Shown here: in pieces, positions 36,557-47,900 of the stretch
Position numbering within the stretch: position 1 is the first letter of the stretch
Layout of the letters: each line of letters starts with the position of its first letter
Origin: Paraspadella gotoi
Taxonomy: Eukaryota; Animalia; Chaetognatha
Assembly: GCA_051294375.1 (NCBI GenBank)
Contig: CM119269.1
Location: 8,753,619 to 8,817,618 of the forward strand
DNA: 64,000 nt
Reading direction: 5' to 3'
Program-made: the position numbers and the translations under genes
The notes under the pieces: generated by a model
Databases searched by the model: none
What the model saw: the letters and a program-made list of their open reading frames with translations, nothing else
What the model was told of the DNA's origin: nothing

Positions 36557-36802
36557 TCACAGAATAACGCAGTGAGGATGCTGAATGGGCGGCGGCGGCG
36601 GCTCCGACTGCGACGCCGCGTTGACCTTTCGTCGCCGCTGCTCCCAGCTGCCCTGACGCGCGCAGAGCTTAAACTCTGGCCGCGGGTCGGCGCTTCCGCG
36701 TCTTTTGTTGGCGCGGATTTCGTTGGTCGTTCGACCGTCGACGGCGCTGACGGCGGCTAAATCCAATGGGTCGTCGAGAATGAAAGGATTCGGAGATTCC
36801 AT
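36557..36802 (-). CDS. 81-aa candidate prenylated microprotein (or terminal exon) ending in CaaX motif CVIL
   Basis: GC-rich ORF with ACAATGG start context, NPF motif, RRGS and RQGS kinase-type sites, basic RRRK, polyproline and C-terminal CVIL*; upstream acceptor-like CAG sites. Confidence 0.65.
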   Translation of the reverse strand: MESPNPFILDDPLDLAAVSAVDGRTTNEIRANKRRGSADPRPEFKLCARQGSWEQRRRKVNAASQSEPPPPPIQHPHCVIL

Positions 36803-36999
36803 TGTATCTTTTTTTGTTTTCTGATTTGCTTCTGTTTTAAATTTGACCTTTCGGATCGAATTTGTTGTTGTTTTGTTTGTTTATTTAGATAATTTTGTTT
36901 TGTTTGGAATATTGAACGATACAGCGGTTTACTAGGAGCGAAAAACTGTGTAAAAAGGAAATGAGATTTTAGTATATTATAGTATAAAATATTTCGGGC

Positions 37000-37039
<40 letters not shown>

Positions 37040-38000
37040 ATTTAGAGATTATCTTAGATTTACTGCTAATAGTAGCAACAATTGAAATTCTATGATAGAC
37101 GTTATATCCAGTGACTGCGATAATAACAATGAGATCATTAATGAATTCGAAGAAATTTTGAGGAGAGATCTCGACGGAAGAATCGAGAGAGACGAATCTG
37201 CCTTCGTCGTCCTCATCGTCGTCGTCGTTGTCTTCATTCGTCGTCGTCGTCGTCAGATTCTGTCGAAGTCACGAACCGTCAATTCGATCGTCAGAAAGAC
37301 GATTTCCCAATGACGACGACGACGATGAGAACGACGACGACGACGATATTGACGAAATCGAATGCAAATAAAACGAAATCTAAATTAGACGAGAAAATCT
37401 ATTGCAACGATAACGAAACTAAAAATGACGATGACGAAGACGACAACGATGATGACAACGACGATAACGACGCCGAAAATGACGAAGACGACAACGACGA
37501 TCAGGACGATGACGACGACGACGACGCCCAAAGAAATTAGACGTAAGACAAAAATAGAAAATTTAAAACTAGAATTTTCTATTTTCTCTCGATTTTGATT
37601 TTTCGAAAAATCGTGAATTAAAACGAAAAAAAACCGAAATGCGGTTTGATTTAAACCGGTCCGTCGGGTGACGACGAAGACGAAAAAGAAAACGAAGATG
37701 ACCGCAAAGACGACGACGACGACGACGACGACGACGAAGAAGAATACCGACGAGCGCGAGAGCGATTATCATGAATTAACGAGGAAAGAATTTGTGGGAG
37801 CGAAACGAGATTTTGAGATAAAGTCACCCAAGTTTTTCTCTCATTTCGAGATTCCGGTATTTTTCCATTTCTCTCTCTCTCTCTCTCTCTCTCTCAGTGA
37901 GTCAACTATTTTTTCAAAGGGGAAGGAAAACTGTGAAAACCAGAAAGAATGAGTAATGCAGTGGAATGTTGACTTTTTTTTTTGCCTGACTTTTTTGGAA

Positions 38001-38072
<72 letters not shown>

Positions 38073-39574
38073 CTCTCTCTCTTCTCTTTTGCGCAGGTTT
38101 GGGATTAATTGAATTAAGCATATTACTACCGCACATTTAAAAGTAACTAATCAACGACGCCGCCTCTTCTGTGGGAACGACGTTTCATAACCTGCCTGAA
38201 ATAGAGAAACTCTCAAGTTCCAAATGTTTCAAGTATCATCGTAGAATGAATAATAGAGTTTAACAATGGAATTTCTATTACCTCTCTTTCTCTATCTTTT
38301 TATTCTATTTTCCATTACTAATCCCTGGACCGATGAAAAGAAAAAAAAGGAAATAATTGTACTCGTTTGACCCGATTGGAAATCGTCAAGGAAAATCGAT
38401 GATAGGGGTTCGATAAGAAGTTTTGAGTGGCTGTGGGTCACTTGTCCTATTTATTTAATTTTGGTTCTGGAATTAATGTTATCTAATAAATCCTTATTTA
38501 TATTTGGGCCTACATATATGACAATGTTTTACGTACAATCCGCGATATAACGCTAAATATCTATAAAGATAACCATAATTGAAACTTTTTAATTTAAGAT
38601 TTTCAAGTAAGTGAATGTTTTTTTTAAAATAAATATTATAACAAATCACAAGTAACTGTTTCCTTCAAATAGCGCCCAAAAGTCCAATTTAGGTTTTTTG
38701 CTTTAGCTCTATTTTATTTAGACTAAGAGCCTTAGTAACTTTGAATTTTTCAGTTTTCAAGCAATGCCAATGAAGGTCGTCGACCTTAAGCATAACGGCT
38801 AACTTCTATATTTAAGTACATAATAATTACTCATTCCTCTTGTAATAAAACAGAAGAAAAACGTTATTAAAAACATAAGAAACGCTTTTATTTTGACTGA
38901 ACCAATGTTACATCAAAATAATGCCATGCTATTTTTTAAAAGATATAATATGTACTTAAAAAGGGAATTCTCGAATGTTTATAAATTAAACGGAGGCGGA
39001 ATAAAAGTAACACGAGCGTCAGTGACACGAAGAAGCGACCGTGTCACGACCGTGACGCGACAAGGATTCATTTAAAAAACGCGCGGTAAAAGTGTCGTCA
39101 TTTTGAGCGAAAAGAAAATAAAAGGGAAAAAAAATTCACGACGCAACATAAAAATTGTACTTTTTTCCTTTGTGAATTTTAATTTTCAAATCGAAATTTG
39201 GACTTGCGTAAATTTCTTTAAAATTTCAAGAGTTGTTTTCGATCAAGTAACCAGAAACTTTATCAAAAAAGACACAGGGAATTTTTAAGCACCGAGCGAA
39301 GTTTTAAGTTTGTTTAATTCTAAAATTTTATCGATTTTACACAATTCTTTTCATGGAAAAAACCATTTAACTTAATCCAAATTTTGATTTCAAAATTGAT
39401 GAATTCACTAGCGAACCTGGCCGAGAAAGCAAAAACAAAGTGGAAGCGGAAAATCGTTGGATAAAAGACAAATTATTTAATTTATAAGCGAACGCAAGTT
39501 TTTTGTACAGATTGACAACGGGAGCGGCCATTTTAGGAACAGTGAGACAAGGGATTTAAGAGTGAGGCTATTAT

Positions 39575-39825
39575 GTAATACTACGTAGCGCGGATTAGAC
39601 ACAATTTCTTTTTCAAAACAACTCAAAATAACAAAATTAGGCGGTGCAAAATTGTGCTACCGACATATAACAAAGCTATTATGTATAGAAATTGTATTTT
39701 AGTCGTATTTCTCGTAGGCCAATTGTTTTTTATAATTACTACAAGTCTAATTAGATAAATATTTTAGGCGATATCAGGACAGATACGCGAAAAAAGTGTC
39801 TGTTTTCTGCGCTACATAGTAGTAA
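39575..39825. mobile_element. MITE, about 243 bp with about 25-bp TIRs
   Basis: TACTACGTAGCGCGGATTAGACAC (39579) versus the reverse complement of the right end, TACTATGTAGCGCAGAAAACAGACAC (39821); GTAA direct repeat on both sides. Confidence 0.75.
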
Positions 39826-40470
39826 ATTTGACTAGAACCTAGCATACTCGCTTTTGGAGCTTGAGAAAAAAAGAGACATGGAGTGCGTTACATATTGGGT
39901 GATGTGCGCCAACAACGCGAAGATTACACTGACATACCTTGAATATATTTAGGTACATTTATCTTTTTATCATATAGGGTTGGTAAAATTGACATAAATT
40001 TTGATAAAAAAGTAGTCAGACTATTATTTTCCATAAAATTGTTTTTACGACAAAAATGTACAATTTGTGATCGGTTAAAGAGAACAAAAAATTATTTTTT
40101 TTGTTCTTTAACCTAAGGGAGAATCCAGAAAAATATAACTCTCAAGTTAATTAATTAATTTTTTACAATTTATAAAAGTGACAAAGTTAAAACAAAAGGG
40201 TTCCATCGGAATTACACTGTGTTCCAAAGAAATATCTTCGTTTTGCTAAAGCAATTGTTTATGCTTTTGTGTCACATTGTAATTAATTACCATAATGATT
40301 TTTGGATTATATGTACTGGCAGCTGGTAAAAAGTCAAAAGTCTAATCACTTGGTCGGTCTGTCAATAAAATTTTAGTCGGAAGTAGACATTATTCGATAT
40401 AATCCTTTAGTTTCGTTGTATTTTGGATTAGCAGATTTGTTTTTGGGCAAACAACGATTTTGTTTATTTT

Positions 40471-40517
40471 AAAACATACATGTTTCGACTCTGTTTCGAG
40501 TCATCATCAGCGCTTTT
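40471..40517 (-). ncRNA. Minimal type I hammerhead ribozyme (GUA cleavage triplet)
   Basis: Minus strand AAAGCG-CTGATGA-T-GACTC gaaaca GAGTC-GAAACATGTA-TGTTT, followed by AATAAA and AATCGTTGT as in the other copies. Confidence 0.8.
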
Positions 40518-41191
40518 TGTTTGCTCATCGGAAGTAGAAAACAGAAACCAAAAAAAATATCAATTTTGTTCATAAACCTACCTTTTGCTTTCTTATTCAT
40601 TTTGAGCATTTTTCCATTCGTGGAAAAACTAGCAGTCTTGGATGCATAAGCAAGCGAAAATAGAAAAAAAAAGTATTTATTTCTTATATAATTTTTTTGG
40701 ATACTTTTTTGGAAGGATATGAAGACGAAGTTAAAATGATAAAAAAATAATAATAATAATTTGTTACATCTCAAATTCTCAAGTGCCCAATCTGGAAATA
40801 ATTTAACACTAACCCGCTACATGATTAATGATGAGGTCAATCGGGTCACCATTTTTAGACTCCTCCGGATCCAGAAATCTATGAGTCACAACAATCAACA
40901 TCGAAGGATTTTTTTTTTGATTGGCAAACCTGTGAGGTGCTACTTTTTCTGGTGGGTCTTCATAAGACATAACCTTTATAAAGATAAAGTTAAAATTTCA
41001 ATCGATCATCTGATCATCCAATCAGGTTTCAACTCGGCTTGACAAAAACAATGCAAAATTACTGTATGTTTGCATATTTTCACATAAATAAATTATGTAT
41101 GACTCTGTCAGAGTGTAGAAATAAGTTTTTTTGATGGTGATGCGGTTAAGACTTTGGACCGGTAAACCTGTGAGGTTCTGAGAATAGAATA

Positions 41192-41244
41192 TGAGAATTT
41201 TGAGTGTTAAGTAAGTGATTATTACTTAACACTTAAAATTCTCA
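41192..41244. other. Near-perfect hairpin, 23-bp stem
   Basis: TGAGAATTTTGAGTGTTAAGTAA / TTACTTAACACTTAAAATTCTCA with a single G-U pair on the + strand and a short loop. Confidence 0.7.
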
Positions 41245-41494
41245 CATTTCATTTTTCACAAATTTCATTTCATTTTTCACTTTCTATCCCTTAGTTAACT
41301 ATTTAACCATTAGATAATTTTTAAATTTTACTAATTTTAGTTTTTCAAAGCATTTATCTTTGTTGTACATTGCACAATGTATCATTTATTATTTATTTAT
41401 CCCTGTTGTGTGTCTCTCTCTCTCTCTCTCTAAGTTTCACTTCTTTTTCACAACTTATTCAATCTGTCCTCACCTTGCCCTGTCCTCTCTACTG

Positions 41495-41538
41495 ACCACT
41501 ATTCTGTCTAACCACTTTGTTGGAAAACTTTTACCCTA

Positions 41539-41572
<34 letters not shown>

Positions 41573-41750
41573 GTCTCTCTCTCTCCTCCCTTCTTATGCA
41601 CAAATTTCAAATCAAACTGTCAAAACGTTGATGAAGGCTTGTAAAGCAAGTCGAAACATGTCTGTTTAATTTAAATAAAATTCGTTGCAAACAAAAACTT
41701 TGTCAATTCTCTAATCACTACTAACAACGAAAAAGAAAGGATTACTTCAA
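41495..41750 (+). mobile_element. Penelope-type terminal repeat with CT microsatellite and hammerhead (41622-41667, core variant UUGAUGA)
   Basis: AAACG-TTGATGA-A-GGCTTG taaag CAAGTC-GAAACATGTC-TGTTT, then AATAAA; homologous to 17300-17490(-) and 14661-14770. Confidence 0.78.
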
Positions 41751-41805
41751 TAATAAGCTAAAAAAATATCATAAATAAAAATCAATTGGTGAGTCATATC
41801 ATACC

Positions 41806-42087
41806 TGTAGTCGGGTATTGCATAAGTTCACCCCGCCTATAAGCGTAACACCTTCAGTTGTGACCCGGTGGCTTATTGAGTAAAGCCATCAGCTCATGAC
41901 CTCTAGGTACCGAGTTCAATCCCAACCCGGTACCCTGTAGAAAGCGTGAGGACGGCCGTAAGCCACCTTGGGGGCGTGGAAAACCCTCAAGCCTGTTTCC
42001 AAGCCCATGACCCGTTCCAATGCTGCTAGAGGGGGTTAAAGATGTTGCGGATAGCAGTCTTCAGCCCCACTTAGCGCCTTATCCACA
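41806..42087 (+). mobile_element. Solo LTR (282 bp) containing a tRNA-like Pol III promoter, second family
   Basis: TGTAG...CCACA termini flanked by a perfect 4-bp TSD TACC (41802-41805, 42088-42091); internal A box GGTGGCTTATTGAGTAAAG and B box GAGTTCAATCCC at about 41862-41925. Confidence 0.8.
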
Positions 42088-42579
42088 TACCTATCTTTGG
42101 TTAGAATATTATCATTGATCAGAATATTATGGTAATTTGTAAATAGATCTCATTTTTATCCATTAGCTTATTTATGAAATGGTACCAGGCAGTAGCGACA
42201 TTATTCGGTTTAGGTTTAACTTAGTTTACTCGGTAATTATTTTCCACAAATATAAAAAATAAACTGTTATAATTAAATCACCTTAGTTTTCTCTGCCTTC
42301 CCAATTGTAATTTACCAAAAATATTCATTATACTTGAAGAAGTTAAATCAAAGGAACAATAACCGGTAACAGACGCACCCATAGTAAAAGCATGTGAGGG
42401 AGGAGGAAGAGCAGCTCCAGGATGCCTCTCTAACTTTGGTTAATTATTAAATACATGCATTTTTTATTTACAGAAGAAAAATCATTTTTAGAGGAAATAA
42501 AGGAATTTATTTTTGGAAAGAAAAAAAAACTGCAGAGGTTGACTTCTGCAGGAAGAGGTAGGGGGGAGGGGAGAAAGAG

Positions 42580-42829
42580 GGCCTTGTTTTCCCAGAATGC
42601 CCTATTTTATCCTAAATTACGAATTAATTTAATAAAAATAAAATGTTAGGCCGAAGGTTAGGGTTAGGTATGAGAGATAAGGGTTTAGGGTTAAGGTTTA
42701 GAATTAGGTTAGGGATTAAGGTTAGGGATTAAGGTAAAGAAAAAGTTTATTATCTTAAAAATAGACTGAGATTAAAATTAAATTCTGCAATAAAGGAACA
42801 TAAATGGGGCATTCTTGGAAAAAAGAGCC
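42580..42829. mobile_element. TIR element carrying degenerate TTAGGG telomere-like repeats
   Basis: GGCCTTGTTTTCCCAGAATGCCC versus GGGCATTCTTGGAAAAAAGAGCC inverted ends; interior 42655-42740 is a GGTTAG/GGATTAA array. Confidence 0.6.
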
Positions 42830-43133
42830 CGAAAAAGGGCCACGGGAGAGGAAGAATAAGGAAGAAGAAAGACGAGGGGAAAGGGAAGGAGAAGAGGAAG
42901 AGAGATTAGAGAGGAGAAAGAAGACGGTGGACAAAGAGGAAGAAGGGAGAAGAAAAGAGGGGGAGGAATGAATTAAGGGGATGGGGAAGCAAAAATCGAA
43001 AGAAATCTATCGGACATCGAGAGACCTGTGCGAACATTTTGATACTTTATTCAATGATCCATTTTGGTTTGGGGGTTTCTCCGGTTGGGGGCTGGGTTGA
43101 TGGTGGGCGTGGCAAAGATCGAGAGTCACTCGA

Positions 43134-44600
43134 TCAAACGATGCGATGAGGCGCCGCGTAGTCGGTCAGTCTGTCGCGAGATCGTCGGTCGCCCTCCTTC
43201 AATCCGGTGACGAAGGCGGGCAGGGTGTCGGGCGGATCGGGCAAGAGCTCGTCGCTTTCTCCGTGGTCGTCGTCGAGGGGAGGCGGAGGCGGAGGAAATT
43301 CGCCGTGATGGTGAGGTCGATGGGCGTGATGGTGTGAGCGTTGCTGCTGTTGCTGTTGATGATGATGTTGATGCTGCTGATGATGCTGGAGTTGTTGATG
43401 ATGGAGATGGTGAGGCGGGGAGGCGTAATCGCCCGGCGGGCATTCGGTGTAGCCCGGCGGCGATCCCGCGGGACCGCGGAATCGGTGCGGCTCGTGGGGC
43501 AGAACGTCGGGCACTTCCGGTTGCGATCTAGAACCCGTGAGGCGAGTGGCCACGCCCACTCCGGGCTCCGACGCCGGAACGTCGCCGCCGACGCTGCCGG
43601 TCGGCGGCCGCGCTCCGTGCGGATGCTGCTGCGTCGTTTGCTGCAGATGTTGCGTCGTCTGCTGCAGATGTTGGCACGAGGAGCACCTCGACGAGGCCGT
43701 CGACGGTCCCGACTCCTTGAGCGGTATCATCTCCCCCTTCGGAGACTGCAGCAGGCCGCCGCCGCCGCTACGACTCCCGCTGCGGGAGTCGCGCTGCGTC
43801 GGCGGCGGATGATGCTGCATCGGTTTGACTTCGCAGGAGGCGATGTTTTGGACGCGGGAGAGAGAGGAGGCGCGAGGGAGTCGGGAGTCGTGACGACTGT
43901 GGAGTGAGGGATGGGGGGGGGTGGAGGATGGAAAGGTAGCTTCAGTTTGTTGCTTCGTGGATTATCACTGCTTCCTAACAGATTCCCGAACCAAGACTTT
44001 TCTCATCTTAACAGTAAAAATTAAAAGGTATTTATAAATTTGGGAGATCATCGTGAAATAACAAAACAAGACAACAAAAACCGTTGGAGCAACAGGAGCA
44101 GCATTCGCAGCAGCAACAGCTGTAGCTTCCGTGGCAGCAACGGCCGCAGCTTTCGTGGCACCAACAGTCGCTGTATGCTTAGCAGCAACAGGCGCAGCAC
44201 ACGTAGCAGCAACAGGCCCAGCACACGTAACAGCAACAGGTGCAGCATCCGTAGTAGCAACAGGTTCAACATCCATAGCAGCAACAGGCGCGGCTTTTAT
44301 ATCAGCAACAAGTGCAGCACCCGTAGCAGGAACCGTAGCATAACTCATAACAGAAACTGCCGCAGCATGTTTAGTAACTACAGACGCAGCATCCATGGCA
44401 GGATCAGAAACAGCATCTGTATCAGCAACATCAGCAACAACCGCAGCATCCTTAGCTGCAAAAGCCATAGCACCTTACCAATCACTTACCCTTGGTTCCG
44501 CGGCAAACTTCCTCCCTTCGGCAGCGAGTTGGATTTGGCTTTTCTGTAATCTCGCGACTCACTCACAATACGTGCGGCAGGGGCTTTTCTGTTGTGGGAC

Positions 44601-44655
<55 letters not shown>

Positions 44656-44854
44656 GAAATGGGGAGGGGATAGGGGCATGGAATGACATATAGAGCGCGA
44701 TAACAGAGAAAACGACTAACGTTTAAAAACGTTTCAAATTTACTTTACCTTCGTTATAAAACACCCGGTTTTGTAAGGAAAAAATTAGATTGAATGTGGG
44801 ATAAACTTAAGAAACAAAAGCGGATTATGAGGGAAAGGTTAATCAGTTTAATGT

Positions 44855-44916
<62 letters not shown>

Positions 44917-47900
44917 CATAAAACTTGAAAATTATTTTTCGAGTGTCATCGCGATTTTATGTTAAATTTGAATATAATTAAATTCAATTTAGTTTAAATT
45001 ATCTTTTTAGTTATACATAAAAAATTGCGATGAAAATGAACAGTATTTTAACGGAAAAACAGGCGAAATACAGGGTGAGAGAAAGATCGGCGAGTAAGTG
45101 TTAAAAATAAAAGGCCGTTAGCTAAAAATGTGGAAAGAACGCACAACTAAATTGCATCTACGTCTTCGGCAAATTTAGGAATAAAAATGATTTTTTTTAG
45201 TCGGTGTTAATAAAGTTTGAACTCTTCTTTTTTTTAAAATAATATAGAAAGTTAGTTTTTGAGGTGAAGAATGAAAAAAGCCGATTTAGGAATAAAATCG
45301 TGTAAAAAGAAAACTTTTAAAAAATTCCTAAAGGCGAAAAGCGACAGCGATCTTTTGTGACGATTTTACAATTCTCGAATTGGATGAGTAAAACTAAAGT
45401 CATTGTTAATTGTTTGTTAAAAACGAAAAAAAACTAAGAAATTTTCATCGAAGGAAATTTTAGCAGCAATTCTAGCGAAAAGCCATTTAAAAAAAATGAA
45501 CATTTGATTAAAAAAAAAGGAGAAAACTGCCCCCCCCNNNNNNNNNNNNNNNNNNNNNNNNNCCAAAAAAAAAAAAAAAAAAAGTTACCCGAGTCGGCCA
45601 ATAATATTATTCACGATCCATCATACTACAACGCGATGTAACCCCGCTCGTTTTGATTAACGCTTTTTAATCAATGTTTTTTCTCCTCCATACAAAATGA
45701 TGTCACCTTTATCCCGGAACCGGAGAACAGAGTCCGTAAGAGAGAAGTGGGGGAAGAGAGCCTTGCACCATGTAAGGGTAGTAGAACCCGGATGTGGGGG
45801 CATGGGGGCGAGTGAGACCCCCGTTCGAAAGGGGTCCCCTTTTTTTTATTATTTCGACGTCGGGGGGTCCGGGAAGAAAATACATGGGGAGGAGGAAATT
45901 TTAAAGATTTGTTGGAGGAGGAATAGAAGAAGAGGCAAAGGAAATTTATTGGTTGGCGGTGAGGATGAAAAAAAGGAAAGGAAAAGAATGAAAATAGAGG
46001 AAGAGAATAGAAGAGTGAATAGAGAGAGAGAGAAAAAAGAAAAAAAAAGGAAGATTAAAGCTGTGAATATGATCGCGCGATTCACAAAACAAAAACGGTC
46101 GGCGCTGGAAACGCTACATGGCCGATTCATATCGTTCACCGGCGCCGCAGAGTGCCATGTGACCGAGTAAACGAGCCGCGACGATCACGCGATTTAGGCC
46201 GTGATGGTCACGTGCAGTTCGCCGTGATGATCTCTCGCCGGCGCGTAGGGTCCCTTGACGGCGCCGTGACGATCATTGCCTGTATGCGTAGCTCGCCGTG
46301 ATGGTCACGCGTCGGCGCCATTATGGTTCACGGTGCCGGCGCCACTACATTTCCTTCTAATCGTCGGTTACTTGGTTGTTCCAAAGGCATCGTTCTGATC
46401 CAGTAATCCTTCGATTGGTGGCTTTCTTTCCTCCCGTGCGCCCGGCTGGGCGATGGCTTGGCCGACCGCCGTTCGCGCCGGTGACGCCGGCGAGTGGCGG
46501 CCTTTGTGAGCGGCGTCCCCGTCTACGGCGTTTAAGCGGGGAGACCGTTGGTATGGTCGGAGCGGCGGCCGTCGACCACTCCTCACCCCGGGCCCGCCTT
46601 TTCGCGATGCGATCCTGCGCCCGCCGCCCGGATCGCGAATATGAGGGCGCGCCCGTCGACGCCGCATTTCCGGCGCCAGGAGGAACGGGTTCGATTTTCT
46701 GTTTTGGTTTGTTTTTGTGTTTTAAGAAGATCTGGAGCGGAGTGTTGTCTGTAGAGTATGAGAGTGAGCTCAGAGACGAGAGAAAGGAGGGGAGAGAGGA
46801 GAAGAGAGAGAGAATGAGAGAGAGAGAGAGAGAGAGAGAGAGCAGAGCAGGAGAGAGAAAACTATTTAAAATTTCGCTCCAAAAAAATTGTGCCGAAAAA
46901 TAAAGGGGAAAAACAATTGGCACGGTATTGGAGCAGAAAAAATTTATTTGCTAATCTGTTTATCGTGTATCTAAACAAATTTTACATCATTAATTTTAAA
47001 TATCATATCTCATGTTAATTGCGACCCGGTATAGAAATAAGTTTCTTATTATTTTAACGACTAAGATCATCTTTAAGCGCGACGGGATTAACAACAAACT
47101 TTCAAGGCGGCCATCATTTTTTCGATAATTGACTCGACTCCCAATTCCGCGGCTTTTGTGGACTCGTTTTATCCGCTGCTACTCACGCGGCGGGACCCGC
47201 TTCACCAGCTTCACATTCGTCCGGCGAAGAAGGCAAAAAGGGAAAAATGAACAAAACGGGGATGTGAATCAAGGGTCAAAATTTCTTCGTGTTCATTTAT
47301 AACAAAATTTTTTTTTTAAATCTCTTGGTGCGAATCTTTAAAAAAAAAATTGGTGGAAAAGAAAAATCAGAAAGAAAGGTGTTGTTTTGGATTGACCTCA
47401 GTGGCTGTCTGAATCTTTTTTCGTTATAACATATTTTATCAATAAGTTTTAAAAATTAATCAGATTTCGAATTTATAGTTTTTCTTAATCAAAAATTCTC
47501 TAAAACATATTGTTAAAATTAGGAAAAGTTAATTTCAAATAGGAAATCGATTATTGAAATAAATTTCTAAAAAAAAAATTTATCCAGTAAGACCAGCCAC
47601 ACCGTAATCATCCAATATTTGCAAACGAAAGCGGTTAAGCCAAAAGAAATTAAATACGAGTGGGAGAGAAATTAAGTAAAAAAGCCAAATGTGCGGATTT
47701 TATTCGAGCAAGCAAAAAAAAACAAACAAAAAACAAGCTAAAACAGAAATGACCCCTTCCCTTCTGATCGTTGGAGCCGTTCTAAGGTGACCCCTGCCAG
47801 ATTGGACACCTGCCGGGTAACCCAGGGCCACGATAAACGTATTTAGGTGACCCCTGACCCGATGACACTTTTCGTGACCTCACGAGGTCAATAATTTTAT

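Noticed and set aside
36557-36802. G-protein gamma subunit
   Set aside because: NPF is N-terminal rather than just before the CaaX box, and the GGL helical pattern is absent.
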